A DNA stretch of 64,000 nucleotides from Gemmatimonadales bacterium (GCA_035604455.1 DATNIM010000021.1:1730-65729); one strand, 5' to 3'. Positions 27,460 through 36,082 are shown, numbered from the stretch's first letter. Translations and numbers: made by a program. Notes: generated by a model not told the origin, from the sequence alone.

Positions 27460-28826
27460 GAAGCGTGCCGGGGGGGTTCGAGCCCGAGCCGGCGCATGCG
27501 ACGGTAGAGGTTGGCCCGGTCGGTCGCGAGGCGGCGGGCGGCGTCAGCCACGTTGCCCCGCGTGACGGAGAGCGCTCGGGCGATCAACGTGCGCTCGAAG
27601 CGGTCAACCGCGTCGGCGAGCGCGACGTCGCGCCACGGTTCATCGGCGGCCGGGCCCGCCCCCCCGGGCGGGATGACGCGCGCCACGTCGTCGGCGGTGA
27701 TCGCGGGCGAGGTTGCGAGAATCGCCAGGCGCTCGACCACGTTCGCGAGCTCCCGCACGTTGCCGGGCCACGGATAGGCGGCGAGCAGGCTCAACGCTCC
27801 CGGGTCCATGCGGATGGGCCGGCCGAGCCTGCCTTCCTGACGGACGAGAAAGTGCTGGACCAAAGGCGCCACGTCCTCCGGACGCTCCCGGAGGGGCGGG
27901 ATGTCGATCGGGACCACGGTGAGGCGGTAGAGCAGGTCGGCGCGGAACCGACCCTCACTGGCAAGCCCCGCGAGGTCCCGGTTTGTCGCAGCGAGGACGC
28001 GCACGTCGACCGTCACGGGCCGCTCGCCCCCGAGGCGCTCGATCTGTCCGGTTTCGAGCACGCGGAGGAGCTTGGCCTGCGCTTCCGCGCTCAGGTCCCC
28101 GACCTCGTCCAACAGCAGGGTGCCGCCATCGGCCAGCTCGAAGCGCCCGAGACGCCGCTCGGTCGCGCCCGTGAACGCCCCGCGCTCGTGGCCGAACATT
28201 TCCGATTCGACGAGGTCCCTGGGCAAGGCCGCGCTGTTCACGCACACGAAGGGCCGGGACGCGCGCGCGCTCTGCCGGTGAATGGCGGAAGCGACGAGCT
28301 CCTTGCCCGTCCCCGACTCGCCCGTGATCAGTACCCGAGCGTCGGTCGGCGCGACCCGGGCGATCAGCGCGCGCAGCTCGTCAATGGCCCGGCTCGCGCC
28401 GACAAGGGGATCGCTGTGGCCAAGAGCCTCGTGCAGGCGGCGATTCTCGGCGCGGCTGCGTGAGAGCTCCAGGGCGCCGCGCAGCGCGACGAGCAACCCT
28501 TCCGGCGTGAGCGGTTTTTCGAGGAACTGGAAGGCGCCGAGCTTCGTGGCGCGCACGGCTTCGCTCAGGGTGGCTTTCCCGCTCATCATGACGATGGGAA
28601 CGTCGGGCACCCGCTGGCGCAGGCGCTCGAGGGTCGTGAGCCCGTCGGGTCCGCCCGGCATGACGAGGTCGAGCAGCACGGCGTCCGGAGCATCCTTGAC
28701 GCACGCCGCGAGCGCACCCTCGCCGTTTGCGGCCTCGGCGGTCTCGAACCCCTCCGTTTGGAGCAGGGCGCCGACCATCCGGCGGATGTTCGCCTCGTCG
28801 TCCACGACGAGGACGCGCGGACTCAC
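27456..28826 (-). CDS. Sigma54-dependent response regulator (NtrC/NtrX family)
   Basis: REC: [12 protein letters not shown]...[13 protein letters not shown]+: [44 protein letters not shown]-terminal Fis-type HTH. Confidence 0.93.
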   Translation of the reverse strand: MSPRVLVVDDEANIRRMVGALLQTEGFETAEAANGEGALAACVKDAPDAVLLDLVMPGGPDGLTTLERLRQRVPDVPIVMMSGKATLSEAVRATKLGAFQFLEKPLTPEGLLVALRGALELSRSRAENRRLHEALGHSDPLVGASRAIDELRALIARVAPTDARVLITGESGTGKELVASAIHRQSARASRPFVCVNSAALPRDLVESEMFGHERGAFTGATERRLGRFELADGGTLLLDEVGDLSAEAQAKLLRVLETGQIERLGGERPVTVDVRVLAATNRDLAGLASEGRFRADLLYRLTVVPIDIPPLRERPEDVAPLVQHFLVRQEGRLGRPIRMDPGALSLLAAYPWPGNVRELANVVERLAILATSPAITADDVARVIPPGGAGPAADEPWRDVALADAVDRFERTLIARALSVTRGNVADAARRLATDRANLYRRMRRLGLEPPRHAS

Positions 28827-30010
28827 TCCGGGAAGACGAGCGTGAACGTCGCACCGCCTCCGGGGGTCTCGTCGACCTGCACGGTGGCGCGCAGGGCGTC
28901 GAGGGTCTGGCGGACCAGGGCGAGCCCGAGCCCGGTCCCGTCGGCCTTGGTGGTGAAATAGGGCTCGAACACGCGTCCCCGGTGATCGGGCGGGATCCCC
29001 GGCCCGTGGTCGGCGACGGTCACGATCAATCCCTCCTCGCGTCCGGCGACGCCGACCTCGATCGTCCCGCGGCCCGCCATAGCTTCCGCGGCGTTGCGCA
29101 GGAGGTTCGCGAACGCCCGACGGAGCGCCTCGTAATGCCCGAGCACCGTGCGCCGCCCGCCGTTGGCGGAGACCGCGACGCGCACGCTTTCGGGAATCGC
29201 CGTGCGCCCGAGCTCCTCGATGAGTTCGACCACGTCGACCTCGCTCTGCGGCCCCTCGGGCAGGCGGCCGAAGTCGGCAAACTCGCGGGCGAGTCGGTCG
29301 AGGCGCTCGGTCTCCGCCTCGAGCACCTCCAGCGCCGCCGCTCGCTGCGGGCCCTGCCGGCTGTAGCGGCCCAGCTGGTCGAGCGCGATGCGCATGGCCG
29401 TCAAGGGGTTCTTGATTTCATGGGCTACGCGCCGGGCGACCTCCCGGAACGCGCGCAGCCGCTCGGCCTCGAGTTCGCTCTTGTGCGCCGCGTCGATCGC
29501 GGCCGCGAGCTCGCGCAGCGCCTGTCGCAGCGCTTCGAATTCCGGCGCCCCCCGCGTCGGCGGACCGGCCGGCAGCGGCAGGCGTCGGCGGATCAGCCGG
29601 GTCCACCCCACGAGCTCGTCGATCGGACGCGACAACTGACGCGAGAGATGGCCCGCGAGGCGGACGGCCGCGAACAAGATGAGCCCACCCAGCACCAGCA
29701 CCACGGCAAGGAATCCGCCGGCGTAATAGCGGAAGTACGTGTCGGCCCGGCGCGCCAACGTGAGGGCATTCGACACCTGATCGAGGTGTCGCCGCACCGC
29801 TGCCCGTTCGGCGGGCTCGAGACGCGCCGTGTCCATGTGGGCGAGCATCTCGCGCGCCGACACGGCCATCTGCTCCAGCGACACGCGCGCACCCGCCGGA
29901 GGCGCGTCGGCCCGCGCCGCGAGCGCCCACCCGATCACGCCCAACACCGTGGGGACCGCGGTCAGCGCCGCAAGGATCAAGAAGATCCGCTGCCGGAAGG
30001 CGAGCAGCAT
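28823..30010 (-). CDS. Membrane sensor histidine kinase (NtrY-like)
   Basis: Two TM helices, a HAMP-like linker, H-box VAHEIKNPLTAM, N-box LRNAAEAM, G-boxes DHGPGIP and GTGLGLALV. Confidence 0.9.
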   Translation of the reverse strand: MLLAFRQRIFLILAALTAVPTVLGVIGWALAARADAPPAGARVSLEQMAVSAREMLAHMDTARLEPAERAAVRRHLDQVSNALTLARRADTYFRYYAGGFLAVVLVLGGLILFAAVRLAGHLSRQLSRPIDELVGWTRLIRRRLPLPAGPPTRGAPEFEALRQALRELAAAIDAAHKSELEAERLRAFREVARRVAHEIKNPLTAMRIALDQLGRYSRQGPQRAAALEVLEAETERLDRLAREFADFGRLPEGPQSEVDVVELIEELGRTAIPESVRVAVSANGGRRTVLGHYEALRRAFANLLRNAAEAMAGRGTIEVGVAGREEGLIVTVADHGPGIPPDHRGRVFEPYFTTKADGTGLGLALVRQTLDALRATVQVDETPGGGATFTLVFPE

Positions 30011-30069
30011 ATTGTCTTGGCAGCAATCTAGTGTGGGTGCGACAATTCGACACAGGGGAGGTCTAAGAC

Positions 30070-30489
30070 GTGAAGAGTCATACGCATTACCTATGGTTCT
30101 CGACGGAGCGGCGACAGGAAATCATCGACATCACGGATCAGGTTGAGGCCCAGGTCGTCCGCAGCGGGGTGCAGGAAGGCATAGCGCTGGTCAGCGCCAT
30201 GCACATCACCGCCTCGGTGTTCGTCAACGACCACGAGTCGGGACTGTGGCAGGACATTCTGCGGTGGCTCGAGGAATCGGTGGCGCCGTGGGATCCCCGG
30301 CGCTACCGCCATAATGAAACGGGAGAAGACAACGCTGCAGCGCACCTGCGGAGCCTGACCATCGGCCACGAAGTCATCGTGCCGATCACGGCTGGCAAAC
30401 TCGATCTCGGTCCCTGGCAGCGGGTGTTCTACGGCGAGTGGGACGGTCAGCGGCGCAAACGCCTCATCATCAAGGTCTTAGGAGACTGA
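30070..30489 (+). CDS. yjbQ: YjbQ/UPF0047 family protein (secondary thiamine-phosphate synthase)
   Basis: ITDQVEAQV...VSAMHITASVFVNDHESGLWQD...HNETGEDNAAAHLRSLTIGHEV...GPWQRVFYGEWDGQR. Confidence 0.9.
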   Translation: MKSHTHYLWFSTERRQEIIDITDQVEAQVVRSGVQEGIALVSAMHITASVFVNDHESGLWQDILRWLEESVAPWDPRRYRHNETGEDNAAAHLRSLTIGHEVIVPITAGKLDLGPWQRVFYGEWDGQRRKRLIIKVLGD

Positions 30490-30491
30490 CC

Positions 30492-30537
30492 GGGCGGAGG
30501 TCTCGCCCCGCGGAGAGGGATCCGTTTTTGCTCTTTC
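30492..30537 (+). terminator. Possible intrinsic terminator after yjbQ
   Basis: Hairpins GGGCG-N7-CGCCC (30492-30508) and CGGA-N6-TCCG (30511-30524), followed by TTTTTGCTCTTT. A T-run is rare in this GC-rich DNA. Confidence 0.4.
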
Positions 30538-30864
30538 AGCGCAAGTCATTTAATTTCAAGGTGCTTGACACGAAGGGCAGGCGAGCGGTTGACGTCGTCG
30601 CGTCATCCGGCAGCGCTGGACTCCCCCGGCATGGGTCGGGGCCGCGTTCTTGGCGCGCCGTGGTGCAGTCGGCGACCCACCTGCAGACGCGTCTGCCTCA
30701 CATGACAGGATAAGCGACACCGTCTTGAACGCGTTGCGACGCGCAGTCGTCGCCCCTCACACGCCGCGCGAACCCGCGCGCCCAACTCCTCGCACCCCCG
30801 ACCCTCGGGGGTCAGTGCGTGTTGGGCGCCATCGAATCGCGCGTCCTCACTCGAGTACTCGCCC

Positions 30865-32643
30865 ATGATCCCACAGCAACACGCTCACTTGGCCAGACCG
30901 CACAAAGAACCCCCGTCTCACGCGCCGAACGCCGCGCTCATGATCGACTTCGACAACGTCACCATGGGGATTCGCTCGGACCTGCAGTCGGAGCTGAGGC
31001 GGCTCTTGCAATCCGACATCATCCGCGGCAAAGTCGCCGTGCAGCGGGCCTATGCCGACTGGCGACGCTATCCCCAATACATCGTACCACTCTCGGAATC
31101 CTCGATCGACCTGATCTTCGCCCCCGCCTACGGGTCGAACAAGAAGAACGCCACCGACATCCGCCTCGCGATCGACGCGCTCGAGCTCGTCTTCACGCGC
31201 CCGGAGATCGGCACGTTCATCCTCCTCTCGGGAGACAGTGATTTTTCGTCGCTCGTCCTCAAGCTGAAGGAGTACGGCAAGTACGTGATCGGCGTCGGCA
31301 TCCGCGAGTCGTCGAGCGACCTCCTGATCCAGAACTGCGATGAGTACTACTCGTACAACGAACTCGCCGGGTTGACGCGCGAGAGCGACGTGACGCAGGA
31401 GCACCGGGATCCCTGGGAGCTCGTGGTCGAAGCGATGAAGCAAATGACCGCCCACAACGACGTCATGCGCTCCGACCGTTTGAAGCAGGTCATGCAGGAA
31501 ATCGCTCCGGCGTTCGACGAAAAGGACGCGGGGTTCTCGCGCTTCAGCAAGTTCGTTGTGGAGGCCGCGCACCGCGGCCTCCTCGCCCTGACGAAGCTCG
31601 ATAACGGGCAATACGAGCTCGCCCTTGGCCCGGAGGTCACGGGCGCGCCCGCAGGGCCAGCAGCCGCCCGCGCGCCCCGCGAGCAGGAGCGGGAGCGCCA
31701 CCCGTCGGGCGGGGACGGTCGGGGGCGCCGGCACCAAGCTGGCGCGAGCGCCGCGCCGAGCCAGGTCAGCGAGTTCGTCGCTGCGCTGCGACAAGCGCTC
31801 GGACGACTCGGCGCGCCGGACCAGGCGGTGAGCGCGGATCAAGTGCGCGACACGATGCAAGAGATCGCGGGATCGGCGGAGGCGCTCGACCCCGAGCTGT
31901 TCCTGAAGCTCTTGCGCCAGGCCCAGGATGCCGAGGTCATCGACCTCTCGAAGGACGAAGCCGGGGGCTACCTGGTGAGACTCAGGCCCGAGCGGACGGC
32001 CGAGCCGAGCGCACCGGTGGAGGTTCAAGCGGAAGCCGCTGTTGGCGACGGGACCGCCGCGTCCGCCGTGGCCGGGATTCCCGCGCGGAGCGCCCGGTTC
32101 CGGCGCGGGTCGCGGGGCGCTCGCCTCACGCCGCCTGAGGTGCCGAACGTTGGGGTCGTCGAGGTCGACCCGAACTTCAAGCCTCGCGTGGAGCTCGTTC
32201 CGTCGCGCCCGGCCGGGCAGCCGCCGCCGCCGGCGCCCGTGACGCCGACCGGTCGTGGCGAAGACGAAGGGCGTGGGGGAAGAGGAGGCGATCGAGTGGC
32301 GCCGACGAGTCGCGGTGAGGACGAAGGACGTGGAGGAAGAGGAGGCGATCGGCCGCGGCGGGGTCGCGGCCGGCGCGGGGGCGCCGGACGGCGCGGTCAG
32401 TCGGGGACCAGGGAAGGGGCCGAGCGGGAGGGCGAACGGGGACGCCGGGGCGGTCGGGGCCGAAGCGAACCCAGACTCGAGCGAGACGAGGAGCGGGTTG
32501 AGCCCGTCGCAGCCCGCGCGCCTGCCGCGCCGGTGACGCCGAGCCCGACGCCCGTCGCCGCTCCGCTGCCCAACGCCGTCGCGGAGCCCGAGGGCGAGTC
32601 GTTTTGGACCAGGGTTCGGCGGGGGCTCACCGGCGGCGGGTGA
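30865..32643 (+). CDS. NYN (LabA-like) nuclease domain plus OST-HTH/LOTUS domain protein with an RGG/Arg-Gly-rich C-terminal tail
   Basis: NYN: ALMIDFDNV...AYADW...NATDIRLAIDALEL...FILLSGDSDFSSLVLKLKEYGKYVIGVG. LOTUS-like: FDEKDAGFSRFSKFVVEAAHRGLL. Tail: GRGEDEGRGGRGGDR x2, RRGRGRRGGAGRRG. Confidence 0.8.
   Translation: MIPQQHAHLARPHKEPPSHAPNAALMIDFDNVTMGIRSDLQSELRRLLQSDIIRGKVAVQRAYADWRRYPQYIVPLSESSIDLIFAPAYGSNKKNATDIRLAIDALELVFTRPEIGTFILLSGDSDFSSLVLKLKEYGKYVIGVGIRESSSDLLIQNCDEYYSYNELAGLTRESDVTQEHRDPWELVVEAMKQMTAHNDVMRSDRLKQVMQEIAPAFDEKDAGFSRFSKFVVEAAHRGLLALTKLDNGQYELALGPEVTGAPAGPAAARAPREQERERHPSGGDGRGRRHQAGASAAPSQVSEFVAALRQALGRLGAPDQAVSADQVRDTMQEIAGSAEALDPELFLKLLRQAQDAEVIDLSKDEAGGYLVRLRPERTAEPSAPVEVQAEAAVGDGTAASAVAGIPARSARFRRGSRGARLTPPEVPNVGVVEVDPNFKPRVELVPSRPAGQPPPPAPVTPTGRGEDEGRGGRGGDRVAPTSRGEDEGRGGRGGDRPRRGRGRRGGAGRRGQSGTREGAEREGERGRRGGRGRSEPRLERDEERVEPVAARAPAAPVTPSPTPVAAPLPNAVAEPEGESFWTRVRRGLTGGG
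32245..32358 (+). repeat. In-frame tandem duplication, 2 x 57 bp, inside the NYN-LOTUS gene
   Basis: Unit 1 (32245-32301) encodes PTGRGEDEGRGGRGGDRVA. Unit 2 (32302-32358) encodes PTSRGEDEGRGGRGGDRPR. About 80% nucleotide identity by eye. Confidence 0.8.
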
Positions 32644-33227
32644 CGTCGACTGCTCTCTCCCCTGCTTTCTACGCGCGACCGGCCGAAGTGGTCGCGCGTA
32701 GGCTATTGGGGCATTTCCTCGTCAGCACGATCGGGGGGCATCGCACGGTCGGGCGCATCGTCGAGACCGAAGCCTACCTCGGTCCGCACGATCCGGCCTG
32801 TCATGCCTTCGGCGGTCGTCGCACGCCCCGCACCGAATGGCTCTACGGTCGTCCGGGTACGGCGTACATCTACTTCACCTACGGACTGCACTGGTGTTTG
32901 AACGCCGTGACTGGACCCGTGGATTATCCTGCGGCTGTCCTGATTCGCGCCGTCGAGCCGACGGCGGGACTGGCCACGATGCGGCGTCGACGCGGTGGTG
33001 TGCCCGATCGACTGCTCTGCGCCGGCCCGGCGCGCCTGTGCGCCGCCTTTGGCGTGACGGGACAGTGGAACGGCGTCGCCCTGCAGCGGGGGCGGCTGCG
33101 AATCGTGCGCGACCGGCGGGCCATCGGCCACATCGTCGCCACGCCGCGGGTTGGCGTCACCCGGGCTCGGGCCTGGCCCTTGCGCTACGTGGTTGCCGGT
33201 TCCGTCTGGGCGTCTCGAACTCCCTGA
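32640..33227 (+). CDS. DNA-3-methyladenine glycosylase (AAG/Mpg family)
   Basis: FYARPAEVVARRLLG, GRIVETEAYLGPHDPACHAFGGRRTPRTEWLYGRPGTAYIYFTYGLHWCLN. GTG 32640 overlaps the upstream stop (GTGA). Confidence 0.9.
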   Translation: MTSTALSPAFYARPAEVVARRLLGHFLVSTIGGHRTVGRIVETEAYLGPHDPACHAFGGRRTPRTEWLYGRPGTAYIYFTYGLHWCLNAVTGPVDYPAAVLIRAVEPTAGLATMRRRRGGVPDRLLCAGPARLCAAFGVTGQWNGVALQRGRLRIVRDRRAIGHIVATPRVGVTRARAWPLRYVVAGSVWASRTP

Positions 33228-33234
33228 AACGACA

Positions 33235-33256
33235 ACGGCCGCCCGAAGGCGGCCGT
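33235..33256. terminator. Perfect 9-bp GC-rich hairpin between convergent genes
   Basis: ACGGCCGCC-CGAA-GGCGGCCGT. On the minus-strand transcript it is followed by TGTCGTTTCA, so it probably terminates the outer membrane protein gene. Confidence 0.6.
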
Positions 33257-33276
33257 CGCGACACCCATTGGCTGGC

Positions 33277-34482
33277 TCAGCGGTCCGGGTTCTCGTCTTC
33301 GCGCGAGCTCCCCAGGCTGTAGCGCAAGCCGCCCTGGAACGTGTGCGTCACGCCGTCGATCAGGAAGTTCGACGTGTGGGTCGTGAGGATGTAGTGCCCG
33401 TAGAGCGACAGCCTTCCCTGATGGACGTCGATGCCCCCCATCCACCAGAAGAACGCCTTCGTCGACATGTCCGACGCCTCGTTCTGGACGATCGTGGCGT
33501 CGGCCAGGGTGCAGTTCGTGCAGGTAATGTTGGAGCCCGGAATTTCCATGATCGCGAACCCGGCTCCGCCGAACGGCTGAATCGCGTGTTGCACGGGGAA
33601 GGCGAGCAGTCCGATCATGATGCGCCGGAGGCTGTTGAAGGCCACGTTCCCTGGTTCGACCGTGCCGCTCGGTTCGGTGATGGTGGCGTGGCGGTCCGAG
33701 ATGAAGAAGGCCTGATCGTAGCCGACGTACATCGCGCTGCGCTTCGCCGTGATGAGCCAATGGCCACCGAACGTGGGCTCCGCCGAGACGCCGTCGAAGG
33801 CGGTCTTGAAGAACATCAAGCCGGCTTCTGCCCCCCAGAACCACTGGTAGGGCCACTGCACCCCACGCTCCACGAAGATTTGCCGCGTGGGCGTCTCCGG
33901 TACGGTCCCGCCCGCCGCAATGATCGAGTCCCGCTTCTGCTTGGACATTTCCGGCGCGGCTTCGCCGCTGCTCCCGCCGAGGAGGAGCGACAGGCCGGCC
34001 GAGCCCTGGAAGTTGAGGAGGCTCGCCCCGATGCCCTTCTGGTTCGGCGAGTACAGAACCCCGCCCTCGATGCGGAGGCCGACTCGGTTCGAGAAGAAGA
34101 TCCGGTCGCCGATCGCGCCGCGCACTGAATTGAGGCTGCCGGAGCCCATCTTGTTCGAGACGTACCCGCCGAGGACGTACAGGATGTTGCGTTCCCCGCC
34201 GGAGTTGAGCACGACGTTGACGCCCAGGTTGGTCATCGAGGGCCCGGCGCCCCCCGCGGTCAGATTCGGACTCGCAACGTCGCCTGTTACCTCAAATCCG
34301 ATGAAGTCATTGAGGAAGTAGCCGAGACGCCCCCCGCCCCCAATGGCCCCGTTCAGGCCCCAGTAGGAGTCGAAGTGGGTGTAGGTGCCGAATGCCCCGA
34401 GCTCGAGCTGGTGAGCGTGCTGGGCACTCAGAGCCGTTACCGCACCCCCGAGCGCCACGCCGACAATGGTGAGAACCCGCAT
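33277..34482 (-). CDS. Outer membrane beta-barrel protein (two barrel-like halves)
   Basis: Signal peptide: MRVLTIVGVALGGAVTALSAQ. Alternating hydrophobic beta-strand pattern and Gly/aromatic-rich sequence. GGAG Shine-Dalgarno upstream. Confidence 0.7.
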   Translation of the reverse strand: MRVLTIVGVALGGAVTALSAQHAHQLELGAFGTYTHFDSYWGLNGAIGGGGRLGYFLNDFIGFEVTGDVASPNLTAGGAGPSMTNLGVNVVLNSGGERNILYVLGGYVSNKMGSGSLNSVRGAIGDRIFFSNRVGLRIEGGVLYSPNQKGIGASLLNFQGSAGLSLLLGGSSGEAAPEMSKQKRDSIIAAGGTVPETPTRQIFVERGVQWPYQWFWGAEAGLMFFKTAFDGVSAEPTFGGHWLITAKRSAMYVGYDQAFFISDRHATITEPSGTVEPGNVAFNSLRRIMIGLLAFPVQHAIQPFGGAGFAIMEIPGSNITCTNCTLADATIVQNEASDMSTKAFFWWMGGIDVHQGRLSLYGHYILTTHTSNFLIDGVTHTFQGGLRYSLGSSREDENPDR

Positions 34483-35052
34483 AAAGGACTCCCTCGGTCA
34501 GAAGCGCGGGCCAAGGCCCGCCGAAACGCCACCGAAGATAGGGAGTAAGGACAAAAAAGGCGATACCCCGAAAGGCTTGGGGAACGGGGAGTTAACCCCC
34601 GTAGCCTTGAAACTACTTGAAGGAGGTGGCCGTTTTCCCGAACAAAATCCGAAACAAACGGCCTAGTTCAGGCCCAGCCGCCCACCGACCCCACCAAACG
34701 CGCCGAGCGCGAACGCGAGGTCATCGAGGCTATGGGCGGTCGAAATTCGACAGCGGAGTCGAGCCTGTCCCTAGGGCACGACAGGATACCCGAACCCCAT
34801 TACGAGCATCTCTGCGCGGCGAGCAAGCGCTCACTCACGTCCGATCGCCTCGGCTATCTCGCCCACGATCACCGGGATGGGGAATGTCTCCCCTAAAGCT
34901 CTGATGGTCCCGCGTCCCGTCGGGCCGAGCACCCAAGCTCCATGGCAATGGTCCACGGCGAATGTGGCGTCATACTGTCGGCACAGTGCCGATTATGTCC
35001 GGCAGCGGAATGCCGTGGAGCTTTAGTCCCGAGGAAAAACGGAGGGTGCGGG
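34483..35052. other. ORF-poor, lower-GC region with many short hairpins and tmRNA-like sequence fragments
   Basis: No convincing ORF in any frame. One 60-nt line (34561-34620) counted 33/60 GC, against about 70% elsewhere. See the finding for this region. Confidence 0.4.
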
Positions 35053-35265
35053 TCAGCGCCCGTCGGTGATCGGGAGATGCTGATGCGGGTGGTCACCCGC
35101 CGGACCCTCGTCGGCGCACCAGCAGTACGCCCAGATCTTTGCGGGTCGTGCGAGTTCGCGCCCGAGGCGCAGGATGATCCCGATGGGCTCTTCGTCGAGG
35201 ACGATCGGCAGCGTGGTCACGGTGAATGTGAAAGCAAGCCGAGTGCCAGACCTTGGCTTACCCAA
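35053..35265 (-). CDS. Hypothetical small protein (70 aa, TTG start)
   Basis: Strong G/C third-position bias across ...TVTTLPIVLDEEPIGIILRLGRELARPAKIWAYCWCADEGPAGDHPHQH. No family recognised. The TTG directly follows an in-frame TAG. Confidence 0.4.
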   Translation of the reverse strand: MGKPRSGTRLAFTFTVTTLPIVLDEEPIGIILRLGRELARPAKIWAYCWCADEGPAGDHPHQHLPITDGR

Positions 35266-35311
35266 CTAATTGTGGCTTATGTTGTTACAGGACTGCTGTT
35301 GGTGCCCTGCG

Positions 35312-36082
35312 TTATTCCGACACGTGTACCGCCGTGTCGTGCTGACGCTCGGGCTTCGTCGCGAGGAACCCGGCCGAGCGGCCGCCCCGCTTGTGCTTCG
35401 TGATCTCCCACCCGCGATAGTGGGACTCGAGCGCGGTGGGAGCGAGCGGGATCACGCCGCCCGCAGCGGGCGCGGCAAGCACGAGGTGAACCCCGCCGGG
35501 GCGCGTGCGCGCCGTGAGGTCCGCGAGCGTCGCCGTGCGGTCGCGAGCCCGGACGGCGGCGAGGGCACGGGGGTCGATCACCACGACGTCCGGGCCCACG
35601 TCGGGCAACCAGTTTCCGAGCTGGATAACGAGCGCGTGGAAGCGGCCAGCGAGCTGCTCCGACACCGCTCGTCCCTCGGCCGCTTCGATCGCACCGATCT
35701 CTTGATCGAGGAGAAACACTTCCGCGTCGTGAGCCGCGAGGAACAGCGCGCCCGCCAGGGCGGCGGCCCCGATGACCACGACCTCGTCACCGGGTTCGAG
35801 CCGACGGGCCAGCGCCACGACCGGCGCGGAGTGGTCGAGGCCCCAATGCGTGGGCTCCCGTTGCGCGAGCCGGAGCGTACGGTGACGTCGTCGCCACCGC
35901 GGGAACGACGGGAGCCGGAGCCGCCGTGCAATGACGCGGTCGACGTGCTCGAGCAACAGAACCTCCGTGAGCAGGTACTGGCCCCCGGCGTTCATTTCCA
36001 GCTCGCGGATCGCCTCGTCGCCGATGCTCAAGATCGCGTCGCGTGACAGCGCGTTCTTGTACTCTTCGATCCGCTGCAGCAT
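35312..36082 (-). CDS. Hypothetical protein with a possible degenerate Rossmann/methyltransferase-like core
   Basis: MLQRIEEYKNALSRDAILSIGDEAIREL...DEVVVIGAAALAGALFLAAHDAEVFLLDQE...RPGGVHLVLA. The track ORF extends to 36505, but that part overlaps the CDF gene. Candidate starts: ATG 36082 or TTG 36106. Confidence 0.55.
   Translation of the reverse strand: MLQRIEEYKNALSRDAILSIGDEAIRELEMNAGGQYLLTEVLLLEHVDRVIARRLRLPSFPRWRRRHRTLRLAQREPTHWGLDHSAPVVALARRLEPGDEVVVIGAAALAGALFLAAHDAEVFLLDQEIGAIEAAEGRAVSEQLAGRFHALVIQLGNWLPDVGPDVVVIDPRALAAVRARDRTATLADLTARTRPGGVHLVLAAPAAGGVIPLAPTALESHYRGWEITKHKRGGRSAGFLATKPERQHDTAVHVSE

Noticed and set aside
30011-30069. A sigma54 promoter (TTGGCAGCAATC) in the kinase / yjbQ divergent region.
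   Set aside because: No GC element follows the GG at the required 10-nt spacing on either strand. The other candidate near 34500 (TGGCCCGCGCTTCTG) also fails the GG-N10-GC rule.
35015-35035. A DosR-box-like sequence GGAGCTTTAGTCCCGAGG (consensus core GGGACTTTAGTCCC).
   Set aside because: Only one half-site matches well. It lies outside the stress island and is not upstream of a gene. The island intergenic regions show no comparable site by eye.
34734-35066. A functional tmRNA (ssrA) gene.
   Set aside because: The 5' and 3' fragments resemble tmRNA. However, there is no GGUUCGA-type T-loop, the only complementary acceptor 3' strand lies upstream and gives G3-C rather than G3-U, no tag reading frame ends in Ala-Ala, and I could not find the P2 partner strand. 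It is kept as a finding to be tested, not annotated as ssrA.
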